A stretch of 64,000 nt of DNA from Oligoflexales bacterium. Lineage in GTDB: Bacteria > Bdellovibrionota_B > Oligoflexia > Oligoflexales > CAIYRB01. Within the stretch, counting starts at the first letter, position 1. Each line of letters starts with the position of its first letter. Below, piece by piece: positions 28,034 through 37,959 of the stretch. The DNA lies in NCBI GenBank assembly GCA_041736175.1, contig JBGSUI010000240.1:1-64000 (forward strand), in the 5' to 3' direction. The position numbers and the translations under genes were made by a program. Below the pieces are notes generated by a model. That model saw only the letters and a program-made list of their open reading frames with translations. It was not told the origin of the DNA and searched no databases.

Positions 28034-30265
28034 ATGGGATACGAGAGACAGCATCGAGGCCTCAATCAGTCTTACAAACCATCTTTCCAGGGTGGGGATC
28101 GGGTTACGTACCAAAACATCGGACTCACCGCCGCCTACTTTCCTACGGTGGGGCGGTTTGCAGATATGGGCTGTGGTTTAGGGGATGCAAGCTTTTATCT
28201 GGCTAAGCTGTTTCCCCGGGCACTGATTGTCGGGGTAGACTCCAGTCCAGAGTCGATCGCTTACGCACTGTCCCATCATCAAGCACAAAACCTAAGCTTT
28301 CTCACAGGGGATTTGGCTCAAAAAATATTTGAACCCGCATCCCTTGACGGGATTTTTAACTCTTCGGCCCTGCACCAGGTTTTCAGCTCCCATCAGATCC
28401 CCACAGCTCAAATCGGCAACCTCTTAGACGCCCACACCCTTCAGCTTAAGGAGGGAGGTCTTCTGGCAATTCGAGATTTTGCAGTTCCCGAGTTTCGAGG
28501 TCCCATCCTGATCGAATTGAGTCGTGACGACGCTCCATTCGCACAAGATCCTCAAAACCCTGAGTCCTGGTCCACCGCTGATCTGTTTTTAAAGTTTTCA
28601 AAGGGCTTTAAAAGCAGCCTTTATCCCGATGGTTCGGTGCCATGGAGCGATGCCTCGGAGACCCTCACGCCATCGGAACAAAAACAACTCTTTCGGGCCG
28701 TTGTCGATTTTAGGACAGCTTTAGAATTTATTTTACATAAGGATGTCCGTGCTACCTGGGACCAGGAACTCCAAAAAGAGTACACCTATTTTACTAAAAA
28801 GCAGTTTGAGTCCGAGCTTAAACAACGGGGCTATCAGATCCTCGTATCAACATCGATTAGAGATCCGTGGATCATCAAAAACTGTTTCGAAGGCTCCATC
28901 AGATTGCTACACCTCCATACCAAACACCCACTTCCTTGGCCGGCTACCAGTTATCTGATCGTAGGTCAAAAATGCGCGGCCCATAAACCGGTCGAACTTG
29001 TGGAAGCCCACTTTGACGAAGTCGTCACCCCCCAATCCTTGTCCTTAGAGTGCCATATCCTAGAGTCAACCCAACAAAAGATTGAGATGTGCCATCGTTC
29101 CCAGCGGGTCGTCGACTTGATCCCCTGGTTTCGAGAGGGGGATGACCTTAAACTCCTAGTCCAACGGGGCGTTCCCCGCCCGATTCTTAACTCAATGGCC
29201 GACATACCTTCCCCCGTGGACGACACCTATACGGCGGGCTATGTGGTCGAGCCCATCAGTGTCCCTTGGGATCATCCCAGCCCCCAAAATATTCCGCAGA
29301 TCCTGCACCAACGTATCAACCTACAAAAAACCCATATCATCGCTGTAGAACCAGGTCTCACCACTTTGCCATCGGCTGGTGTGATCGATGAAACCATCGA
29401 AAGTTTTTACATAGAGATCATTCCCGAAGCTGTCGGTGAGATTCACCTCGGCGAATCGAGGGCCTTTCCCAACCTAGGTGTGCTGGATGTTGTGAGCGCG
29501 AACCAGCTTTTAAGGGGCTACCAGATTGGTGGACTCTTTGATAACCGTGTCAATATTGTCCTCTACGATCTTTTGCTCCGCAAGGGGATTCCATTAAATC
29601 CTTGGCTTGGAGAACAATGTGACCTATCAAAGTTTAAATCCTGCCATCCGCTTCCTAAAAAAATTGATAAGCTGTTTGAAGATCTAGGGGAACGATTTAA
29701 AAAGTTAGAACCCTATAGTCATTTCGAACAGCTTCGCAGTTTTACCGGGACTTTTGTTGAAAAAAATGCTGCCAAACAGGTCCTTCGGTCGATAGAATGT
29801 GAATATATCGTACCTCGACAAGCCTCACGATTTACCTGCTCGCTGCTCCCCATCGCTAAGCAGGCTAACAAACTCTATGTGGGTCTCGATAAAAAAATCC
29901 GCCCTATAGGTTTGCCTGCTAAAAATTCCACCATTCTGTATGGGGTGCCTGCATGGCGGCTGGGTCCGGATACCTTTACCTATGAAGATGCCCTTAGGGA
30001 GATCCGCCAAAAGTTGATGAACGAACACGGGGTCAATGCCCACCAACCCATACGACTTGGGGGCAGCTATGCGCCCACTCCTGGAATCTCTCCAGAGCGG
30101 GTCACTCCCTTTGTGGCTATTGTCGAAGAGATGTTTTCTTCGGAAGCTCCACTTCATTGGGTTGAACTCGATGAGTGGGTCAACCACCGCTCCCGGTTCC
30201 ATGACGCCCATTTGCTGGTCTCGGTGTTGCGAGCCTTTCACCTGTTTAAGACACATGGGCTTTAG
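28034..30265 (+). CDS. Class I SAM methyltransferase fused to Nudix-like domains
   Basis: ADMGCGLG, GVDSS and SSALH, followed by two segments with PSAG..DE.I and PTPGISPERV Nudix-like motifs. Confidence 0.7.
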   Translation: MGYERQHRGLNQSYKPSFQGGDRVTYQNIGLTAAYFPTVGRFADMGCGLGDASFYLAKLFPRALIVGVDSSPESIAYALSHHQAQNLSFLTGDLAQKIFEPASLDGIFNSSALHQVFSSHQIPTAQIGNLLDAHTLQLKEGGLLAIRDFAVPEFRGPILIELSRDDAPFAQDPQNPESWSTADLFLKFSKGFKSSLYPDGSVPWSDASETLTPSEQKQLFRAVVDFRTALEFILHKDVRATWDQELQKEYTYFTKKQFESELKQRGYQILVSTSIRDPWIIKNCFEGSIRLLHLHTKHPLPWPATSYLIVGQKCAAHKPVELVEAHFDEVVTPQSLSLECHILESTQQKIEMCHRSQRVVDLIPWFREGDDLKLLVQRGVPRPILNSMADIPSPVDDTYTAGYVVEPISVPWDHPSPQNIPQILHQRINLQKTHIIAVEPGLTTLPSAGVIDETIESFYIEIIPEAVGEIHLGESRAFPNLGVLDVVSANQLLRGYQIGGLFDNRVNIVLYDLLLRKGIPLNPWLGEQCDLSKFKSCHPLPKKIDKLFEDLGERFKKLEPYSHFEQLRSFTGTFVEKNAAKQVLRSIECEYIVPRQASRFTCSLLPIAKQANKLYVGLDKKIRPIGLPAKNSTILYGVPAWRLGPDTFTYEDALREIRQKLMNEHGVNAHQPIRLGGSYAPTPGISPERVTPFVAIVEEMFSSEAPLHWVELDEWVNHRSRFHDAHLLVSVLRAFHLFKTHGL

Positions 30266-30523
30266 TTTAAAGGTCACTGCTCAACCGCTGCCTGCCTACA
30301 AGATAGCTATTGTTGTTTTTATAGACAATCGCTGGACCTCCAGAATCATCTTTGGCCGTATAGGAACCTGTCCCATAGGTACCAGTCCCAGGGGTTAAAG
30401 AACAGAAAACGCCTATGGATTCAGGGGCAGATTTGAGATGAGGGAAAGCCTATGCCAAAATTCCGGCATGACTCTTGCTGTAGTGTTTTCGTGTTCGTTA
30501 ACCAGCCTTAAGGAGTCTTGGCG

Positions 30524-31558
30524 ATGGTTCGACAAAGTAGCATCATTTGTTTGCTGATTTTTAATCTCTCGGTTGCAGCTTGCGAGAAAAGTCAAAAAGA
30601 CGCCTCTTCCCAAGTCCAGGTAGATACCAGCGAAAATACCCAGAGACAACTAGAAGAGAGCTTTCAAAATAAGGTCAGAGGTTTAAAAACCATGATCACC
30701 TATGGAAAACTTTCGCTAGGTCGAAACTCTCGTGAATATACTTATTGGGGTCTTCCCCTCAAGTCGCAAGATGGTGGGGAGGTTGTAGCAACATTTTACT
30801 TCAAGAAAAATGAATCCAGTGTTGGTCCAGATATTAATATTGAATTTGCGGATTCTGGCGAGATGGTGAGTTTCTATCTAAACAGTTACATTTCTGCTCG
30901 AGCAGCCTTGACTGCCGATAGCCCCGGGGGGAAAATCCGAGTATGGGAAGCGTTAGATTTGTTAAAGAAGGAATCTGATAAAAAGCCCCCTAGCCAACTC
31001 ATGCAAAATCTTTGGTTGAGCTTGAATAATTTGTCAAAGTTTTTAGATAGGCCCACTATTACTAAGAAATTTGAGGGCGAAGATGCAACCGGAAAAGCAT
31101 GTTTTATCCATACAACTAATGACTTAGATGGCAATATTCTGAAAGTTCAAGTTGGATACACGGATCCAAAGAATAGCTTTCCAAAAGCCAATTTTTTTCT
31201 GGGTCCTGTCAAGCTTGATACAGATATCTGCAATGTGATCGAATTTGATTCTACCAAAAAACAAGGACTATCATTCCATAACGCTTTTTATGGTTATGGG
31301 ATCACCTATGAGAGACAGTGGATCAAGCAGACGGGTGTGGACAATTTCGAAGCCACCCAAATCGAAGCCGGTCTCTATGGAGGGATCCTGTTATCGGCCG
31401 CTGCTTGTAATGCCTCAAAACTCACTTTATGCCAAGATAGAGCGCAGCTTAAAAGAGCAGCCTTTGGAGGGGGCGCCGTTACATTTCTCCCTTTCCTTGG
31501 AGGAGCCGTCAAAAGCAATTTCATTTTTGACTGTAGAAACCTAATACCGAAGACATAA
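30524..31558 (+). CDS. Hypothetical lipoprotein
   Basis: AAGGAG SD, lipobox VAAC and a long ORF. Confidence 0.7.
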   Translation: MVRQSSIICLLIFNLSVAACEKSQKDASSQVQVDTSENTQRQLEESFQNKVRGLKTMITYGKLSLGRNSREYTYWGLPLKSQDGGEVVATFYFKKNESSVGPDINIEFADSGEMVSFYLNSYISARAALTADSPGGKIRVWEALDLLKKESDKKPPSQLMQNLWLSLNNLSKFLDRPTITKKFEGEDATGKACFIHTTNDLDGNILKVQVGYTDPKNSFPKANFFLGPVKLDTDICNVIEFDSTKKQGLSFHNAFYGYGITYERQWIKQTGVDNFEATQIEAGLYGGILLSAAACNASKLTLCQDRAQLKRAAFGGGAVTFLPFLGGAVKSNFIFDCRNLIPKT

Positions 31559-31576
31559 TGATCGTCCTCCGTCTTG

Positions 31577-32806
31577 TTACCCCACTTTTCGATCCGAAGC
31601 TTTTTCCACATTGCGCGGGGTCCGAACCCATCCCTGAGGTCTAGGTTTGAGGCTCACAAAAAGCTTCCAGATCATATAGAACGGCGCATAGCCAAGGGGT
31701 TTTAAGTCCTTTAGAGGCATCCCGAGTTTAACGGTGGGTAAAAGACCGTAAAGTCCTAAACCTAAAAATCCTAGGCCACAGACAATCCAGCAACCCCACC
31801 TTAACAAGACTGGGCCATCTAAAAAGACGCCTGCTACAGCCCAAATTCCCGTGAGTAAGAGTCCACTGACAAACCGACTCAAAGGCAACATCCAAAGATC
31901 CGCAAGAGCAATCCCTTTGGCAAAAAACGACAAGTGACCGCTTTTTAGGACATCTCGCGTAAAAAGACGTTTTAGTTGGCTTCGCCCTTCTTCCCACCTT
32001 TGCCGCTGTGTTATTACGCCCTGGGAATGACCCACCACCATTTCTCCGTAGACTTTTGTTTCGGGGACAAATGCGACCTTTTCCCCTTGGATTCGCAGCC
32101 GCCAGGCGAATTCTAAATCCTCTGTCAACCCATAGGCCTGCCAGGGAAAGCGGCGAAGCCCTTCCGCACTAAAGCACATCCCATTGCCCCGCAGTGCCGA
32201 ACCAAGCCCCAATTCCTCCTGGCCATATAGCCATACTCCGTTAAAGAGAGAGAGGGCATACTTCATAAGTCCGGTACGCCAATGGTCTTGTGGATTTCGT
32301 ACCGTATAAAAAGCTTGAAGCCATAAATAGCCTTTTTCTAGATACCGATTAAACACAAAAAGTAGATTTGGATCCACCTCAGTATCAGCGTCGACGATCA
32401 CATAACCTTCCACGGACCCAAGCTCTAGGGTATCTTTGATGTCAAAGAAATACTCCAAAGCATAGCCTTTGCTCTTTTTGCTGTCATGAAACCGTTCGAC
32501 TACAAGAGCGCCTTTGGACCTAGAAACGGTCGCTGTTTGATCCGTGCAATTGTCAGCTATAACGACTATCCTAAAAAGCTCCTGTGGGTAGTCCAACTTC
32601 CTAAGGCTTTCAAGAGTCCTTGCGATGGAGTCCTGTTCATTGTGTGCTGGGATGGCGACGCAAAACCTACTTTTTCTCTTAGATTCTTCATTCATCAACT
32701 GTCGGACACTAAACAATGAAGCCAATCCAATTAATAGGACCAGCATCACAAAGGGTAATAGAGCAATCATCAAGACGATGGCTACAATGCTATAAAAGTA
32801 ATCCAA
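31577..32806 (-). CDS. GT2 glycosyltransferase (processive type)
   Basis: IPAHNE, DNCTD, DAD, TED and QRQRW motifs, with TM helices. Confidence 0.92.
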   Translation of the reverse strand: MDYFYSIVAIVLMIALLPFVMLVLLIGLASLFSVRQLMNEESKRKSRFCVAIPAHNEQDSIARTLESLRKLDYPQELFRIVVIADNCTDQTATVSRSKGALVVERFHDSKKSKGYALEYFFDIKDTLELGSVEGYVIVDADTEVDPNLLFVFNRYLEKGYLWLQAFYTVRNPQDHWRTGLMKYALSLFNGVWLYGQEELGLGSALRGNGMCFSAEGLRRFPWQAYGLTEDLEFAWRLRIQGEKVAFVPETKVYGEMVVGHSQGVITQRQRWEEGRSQLKRLFTRDVLKSGHLSFFAKGIALADLWMLPLSRFVSGLLLTGIWAVAGVFLDGPVLLRWGCWIVCGLGFLGLGLYGLLPTVKLGMPLKDLKPLGYAPFYMIWKLFVSLKPRPQGWVRTPRNVEKASDRKVG

Positions 32807-32838
32807 GCCTATGCTCCTTTTATTTCCATTTTTTACAC

Positions 32839-33024
32839 CTAGCGACGTGGGTCAAATTGATCTATAAAACCAAAGACAATGATGGACATCAAAAGATAGA
32901 AGCAAAAGAGAACAAGAAAAATCACTTTATAATTTTTATAGTTGACCCCAATCTTAAATCTGCCCAGAACAATTCCAGGAATCATAAAACTCATCAAGAT
33001 GCTCAGTCCAAGGAGTTTACCCAT
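32839..33024 (-). CDS. Small two-TM protein in the polysaccharide operon
   Basis: 61 aa, hydrophobic, overlaps the wzy stop, and is in operon orientation. Confidence 0.6.
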   Translation of the reverse strand: MGKLLGLSILMSFMIPGIVLGRFKIGVNYKNYKVIFLVLFCFYLLMSIIVFGFIDQFDPRR

Positions 33025-34474
33025 AGGTGTTTTCTGAAGCCTCCTGTCTTGATAACCTCAATCTGAGGCCGATGCTCACTCCAGTAAAAACCATTGCCAC
33101 CGTCGATGACCGTATTTCGATTAGGCCCAAATCGGCAAAACAATAAAGCAACCACTGGATCGTCCCAGCAATAGCTACCAGTCCAAACAGCTCGGCCTGC
33201 CGGTCGTGGCTAAATTTTGTGAGATAAATATTGGACATAAATCCCATCGCCACAATCGAAGATAGCGCCGCCATAGCTAAAGGCCCCCCATAGGCCCACA
33301 AAGCCAGCATGGTATTATGGGGGATCAAGTCAAAAAGAGCGTAGATCTCACTGATATCGGGCATGGGCGCTACCATTTCAAAGCGTTGCCCAAAGCCAAA
33401 TCCTAACAGGGGACTTTGAGCCAGCATGGCCAAAATATTAAAGTTTTCCAAATCCCGATAGTCAATGGGATTTTGATCCTGATTTTTGATCCAATGATTG
33501 ATAAAAAAGATAAGGTAGAGCGGGAGCCCGTATTTTAGGAGACCAAAGAGTCTTCGGAGTTGCTGCTTTTTTAAAACCACTAGCATAAACATAAAAGTAA
33601 ATCCGATTCCAAGAAAAGATGTTCGTCGATCATTTAGGATATAGGGGTAAGCCATCAATGCGATCAGGAGGGTTCCAATGATTTTCATTTTGAGTTCGCG
33701 ATTCCACAGAAAGGACCTGGCAAAAATATAAATCATCGCGATGCTCCAGAACATCGATGCATGGTGATCCACCAGATATTCAGCGTCCGTAAATTGCCTT
33801 AATTCAGTCCAGTATACGTAAATTGCGATCAACGACTTTAAAATCATCGCAATAGTTAAGGAGTTTAGCAGTGCAATAGCCTGGTCTACCTGGTAAATAC
33901 TCCAAAATCCAATCATAAACCAAAAGTATAAATAGAATAAAAATCTCACTTGTATAAATACCAGGTAGGGCTGATGGCCTTTAGCAAGGCCCCAAACCAC
34001 ACCGATCAAAATACTAACTAGGAGCATTAGACTAGATCTAACAACCAGCGTTTTGTCACCTGGCAATAACCCCAGCTTTGTAAATTGGGGTACGTAGAGG
34101 ACCATGACCAATAAAAACAGACTGAAGGTGATCAGATCGAAGGGAAGTATTGAGAGTCCCGGAATCCCCAGGGTATTGCCAAGAGAATTAAACAGTAGCA
34201 CACCACCTAAAAGCTCCGAAAAGGGATCCACATGGTAGTAGGCTGGTGCAGCTGGTACATCTAATAAAAGCATCAAAAAGAAAAATCCAGTCACGATTTG
34301 ATGCAGGGGTAAAGACACCACACGCGGACCAACTATTGAGGCCGCTAAAAAACCTAGCAGGCCAAGTGGCACTGCTATATTCCCAGTGGATAGGGTAATG
34401 ACCGCAAAACTCCCTAATGCTAGGATCATCATGAGACCAGCCAGCTTTAGGGACGAATCATCACGACTGATCAT
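33017..34474 (-). CDS. Wzy polymerase / O-antigen ligase family protein
   Basis: Many TM helices, RRTS, PLLGFGFG and PHNT.L motifs. Confidence 0.85.
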   Translation of the reverse strand: MISRDDSSLKLAGLMMILALGSFAVITLSTGNIAVPLGLLGFLAASIVGPRVVSLPLHQIVTGFFFLMLLLDVPAAPAYYHVDPFSELLGGVLLFNSLGNTLGIPGLSILPFDLITFSLFLLVMVLYVPQFTKLGLLPGDKTLVVRSSLMLLVSILIGVVWGLAKGHQPYLVFIQVRFLFYLYFWFMIGFWSIYQVDQAIALLNSLTIAMILKSLIAIYVYWTELRQFTDAEYLVDHHASMFWSIAMIYIFARSFLWNRELKMKIIGTLLIALMAYPYILNDRRTSFLGIGFTFMFMLVVLKKQQLRRLFGLLKYGLPLYLIFFINHWIKNQDQNPIDYRDLENFNILAMLAQSPLLGFGFGQRFEMVAPMPDISEIYALFDLIPHNTMLALWAYGGPLAMAALSSIVAMGFMSNIYLTKFSHDRQAELFGLVAIAGTIQWLLYCFADLGLIEIRSSTVAMVFTGVSIGLRLRLSRQEASENTYG

Positions 34475-36513
34475 GCTGCAGATTCCAGCATGGCGATGCC
34501 GCGTATATTAGCTTGTTCTAGATCGATCATAAGCCGCTTCAATACGGCATATTGGGTCGTTTCACAATCCAAAAAGACGATAGTATCAGTGACATACTTT
34601 TGTAGTTTACGGTTTTCTACAGAAAATGACGCCGGAAACCCCAGTACAAAAATCCATTCATAGGTTTTGCGATAAAGATCAAATATGTTTGAATCCGAGC
34701 TTTGTCCCAAAAAATCAAATCCAGCTTCAGACTCATGGACTGGAATGTAGTCAAAATGATTGTTCAGCTTGTTGCCGCTAATCGCAGCAAGATGAGGATA
34801 AAAATGGTTATCATGACTTCCCACAGCCCTGCTACCTGACTTGATACTTTCTCGGGAGAGATTCTTGGTACTCTCTAAGGAGATAAGCGGTGATACAAAA
34901 TTAAAATCGATAACCATGGCTGACTGAGTCTGATCTTTGGCAAAGATATTCAGAAAATTCTTTAGGTGATGGCTACAAAGACTTACATCGGTCATTTGAG
35001 TCAAAAGGATGGTTTTACCAACACAATTTTCAATCAGTGAGATTTCAAAGGCTCTGTTTTCTAAAATCCCTTTAATATAACCCTTTTTCACAATCTTGGG
35101 GGAGACTTTGCCACGAACCCATTGTTTAAGAATCTCTTTTTCACCCTTTACATCGTCGATAAGAACACGGGGAAGTTTAGCAATAATTTCTTTACCCGAT
35201 ATTTTGCGGATACGCCAGGCGTCTTGAGCTTTCTCACTAAAAAATTCCATGATCAACAGACCCAAAAACAATATAAACATTCCTACCAATCCGATTCCAA
35301 CACTGACTTTAGCTTTGGCATTTATATACGGCTTTATATTTAGTGCAGGCGGCTTAATAGTCCTAAATATTGTGCTTTGTTCAGGATTCATGAGATCCTT
35401 AATAATTTTTTCCTTCTCAATCTCAATATCGTTAAGCCCATTGGTAAGTAAGTTGAGGTTAAATGCAGCGTCACCAAGTCCAGATTCTACAAGCGAATCT
35501 TTGGCATTTGATTTACGCCGCACGTCTCTTAAGCGATTTTTGAGGTCGTCTCTTAGCTTTTCTTTAGTCGATACAATGTCATCGGGACTAACCGCCATGA
35601 TTTCTTTTCTCTTTGCCACAAGTGTTGGGTGGTCGGGCTGAAGCATCGTGCTGAGACGTTTGTATTCGGCTTCGAGGGAAAGGCGACTTCGGGTTTTTTC
35701 AAGATTGAGACTATTTATCTCACCGGTTAATTCTCGCACTCTCTCGGTCAGTTCTAATTCGCTTTCTCGACGAGATGACAGCTCCTCTTCTTCTCTGCTG
35801 AGTGTCGACTTTAGACCTTCCTTGACCTGAGAGTAGTTTGATTTTGCAAGAGCCATATTAGACTTTAATGATTGCGACTTTCTCTCCAGGTAGGCAACTT
35901 CTGATTCTAATTCAGTCACGATAAAATGATTCATGATCAACTGGGTGATTCTTTGTGCTTTATCAGGAGAATCAAAAAAAGCTTCGATCGTCAAAACCCC
36001 TGTCTCAGAAGCGTAGGCTACAAAGGCTTGACTTAGACTATCTATTGCTCGGAATTTATTACCATATTTTTCGTTTTCGGCATCAAACTCACCGCCCTGG
36101 AGTTTGATTAGAAAGATCTTGATTTGCTTTTTTGCCAGAGCAACTAAGGACTCCAACTCTAAACTGTTATCTTTTATGATCCCCTCACGGAGCATACGCT
36201 CATAAACCTCTCCCAAAAACTTTTGGGATTTAGTCATCATACTAAAGGAATCGATATGCTCACGGACATTAATAGGTTCCAGGACTCGGGAGACTACAGT
36301 CCTATTGTCTGCCTTTATCACTACTGAGGTGTCTGAGGAATATTTATTCTTCACTTTATAGTACCCCACAAAGGCACTAGCAATCGTGATGACGAGCATC
36401 GATATAATAAAATAGCGATGTCTCTTGAAAAGGCTTAAAAAATACACACCATCGGGGAGCGCCGTTCGGAGCCACTCCACCAGCTGATCCTCGGGAATCT
36501 TACTTTGACTCAT
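34471..36513 (-). CDS. Polysaccharide co-polymerase (Wzc-like) with a degenerate kinase domain
   Basis: Two TMs flank a coiled coil containing PDHP. The cytoplasmic domain lacks a Walker A motif and a Tyr-rich tail. Confidence 0.8.
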   Translation of the reverse strand: MSQSKIPEDQLVEWLRTALPDGVYFLSLFKRHRYFIISMLVITIASAFVGYYKVKNKYSSDTSVVIKADNRTVVSRVLEPINVREHIDSFSMMTKSQKFLGEVYERMLREGIIKDNSLELESLVALAKKQIKIFLIKLQGGEFDAENEKYGNKFRAIDSLSQAFVAYASETGVLTIEAFFDSPDKAQRITQLIMNHFIVTELESEVAYLERKSQSLKSNMALAKSNYSQVKEGLKSTLSREEEELSSRRESELELTERVRELTGEINSLNLEKTRSRLSLEAEYKRLSTMLQPDHPTLVAKRKEIMAVSPDDIVSTKEKLRDDLKNRLRDVRRKSNAKDSLVESGLGDAAFNLNLLTNGLNDIEIEKEKIIKDLMNPEQSTIFRTIKPPALNIKPYINAKAKVSVGIGLVGMFILFLGLLIMEFFSEKAQDAWRIRKISGKEIIAKLPRVLIDDVKGEKEILKQWVRGKVSPKIVKKGYIKGILENRAFEISLIENCVGKTILLTQMTDVSLCSHHLKNFLNIFAKDQTQSAMVIDFNFVSPLISLESTKNLSRESIKSGSRAVGSHDNHFYPHLAAISGNKLNNHFDYIPVHESEAGFDFLGQSSDSNIFDLYRKTYEWIFVLGFPASFSVENRKLQKYVTDTIVFLDCETTQYAVLKRLMIDLEQANIRGIAMLESAA

Positions 36514-36657
36514 AGCAAAGTTCTCGCAAATTGTGTCTATAGGGTTCGTGGGTCACATGGCAGGGGGGGTTCAAAACAAGGAAATGTAGGGTACAATAAA
36601 GTGCAGTCAGGAAACGGCGCCTCCTCTTCAGTGTACACGACCCTCGAAAGATTGGCC

Positions 36658-37959
36658 ATGGACGACACAGCAACCCCTCACAAAAAACTGCGCGTCCTTA
36701 TGATCGCAGAACTAGCAAACCCCGATTGGGTGAGTGTCCCACTCGTCGGCTGGAATATCGCTCGGCACGTGGGCGAAATCTGCGATGTACACCTGGTAAC
36801 GAGTAGCAGAAACCAAGAAAATATAGATAGGAATGGATTTTTTAAGAAAAATGTCACCTATATAGACCAAACAAAAACCATTAATTTTTTGGTAAGTTGC
36901 GCCCGTTTCGTACTCCTTGGAAAAGCGGTAGACTATACGACCTTCCAAGCTCTCACTTTTATTTTCTATCCTCTTTTCGAAATTAAAACATGGTTTCTTT
37001 TTCGCAAAAAAATCAAAAATAATGAATTTGATCTCGTGCATCGTGCAACACCTTTAAGTCCCGTAATCCCTAGTCTGTTAGCCTCCCTTTGTAAAAGTCA
37101 TAAGACCCCCTTTATCATCGGGCCGCTCAACGGGGGGCTCAAATGGCCGGAAGAATTCGCTTACCTTCAGTCTAAAGACCGGGATTACCTAAGCAGATTT
37201 CGTCAAATTGTTCGCTGCCTGCCTTTTTACAAAAGCACACGCAGAGATAGCTCGGCTATCATCGTGGGGTCCAATGCCACCCTCTCCGAACTCACGCCGA
37301 CCTACCTTCACAAGTGTCATTACCTCCCTGAAAACGGCATGACCGCCCAAGAGATCCCCCGTGACAACCAAAAAGTCTGGGATCTCCCCCTTAAGGTACT
37401 CTTTGTGGGTCGACTCGTCGCCCTCAAGGGTGTCGATATGGTCATCGAAGCGAGCGCACCTCTGCTTAGAGATCGTCAAATCACCCTTCAGATCATAGGC
37501 GATGGACCAGAATTACAAAATCTTCGGAACCTGGCCCAAAGCCTTGGCATCGGAGATAAGGTGGATTTTAAAGGTTGGATTGATCGAAAGATCATCGGGG
37601 ATTTTTATAAAATGAGTCACATCTTTGCCTTTGCCTCTATAAAAGAGTTCGGTGGCGGCGCCCTTATCGAAGCTATGTCTTTCGGACTGATTCCCATTGT
37701 CGCCGACTATGGCGGACCATCTGAAATCGTTACCAGTGACTGTGGATTTAAAGTTACTATGCAAAACAGAGATTTGATGATCCAGAAAATCACCTCACAC
37801 CTTAGAGAGCTTGCCAGCAACCACACCTTGGCGAAAACCCTTAGTCAACACTCACGCCAAAGGATCGTAGACGAATACCTTTGGCCCCAAAAAGCCCAAA
37901 AAATATTGGCCGTTTACTCTAAAGTACATCTCGATAAGCTATCAACCTATGGACGATAA
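36658..37959 (+). CDS. GT4 glycosyltransferase
   Basis: LFVGRL..KG, GDGP and EFGGGALIEAM. Start moved to ATG 36658. Confidence 0.9.
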   Translation: MDDTATPHKKLRVLMIAELANPDWVSVPLVGWNIARHVGEICDVHLVTSSRNQENIDRNGFFKKNVTYIDQTKTINFLVSCARFVLLGKAVDYTTFQALTFIFYPLFEIKTWFLFRKKIKNNEFDLVHRATPLSPVIPSLLASLCKSHKTPFIIGPLNGGLKWPEEFAYLQSKDRDYLSRFRQIVRCLPFYKSTRRDSSAIIVGSNATLSELTPTYLHKCHYLPENGMTAQEIPRDNQKVWDLPLKVLFVGRLVALKGVDMVIEASAPLLRDRQITLQIIGDGPELQNLRNLAQSLGIGDKVDFKGWIDRKIIGDFYKMSHIFAFASIKEFGGGALIEAMSFGLIPIVADYGGPSEIVTSDCGFKVTMQNRDLMIQKITSHLRELASNHTLAKTLSQHSRQRIVDEYLWPQKAQKILAVYSKVHLDKLSTYGR

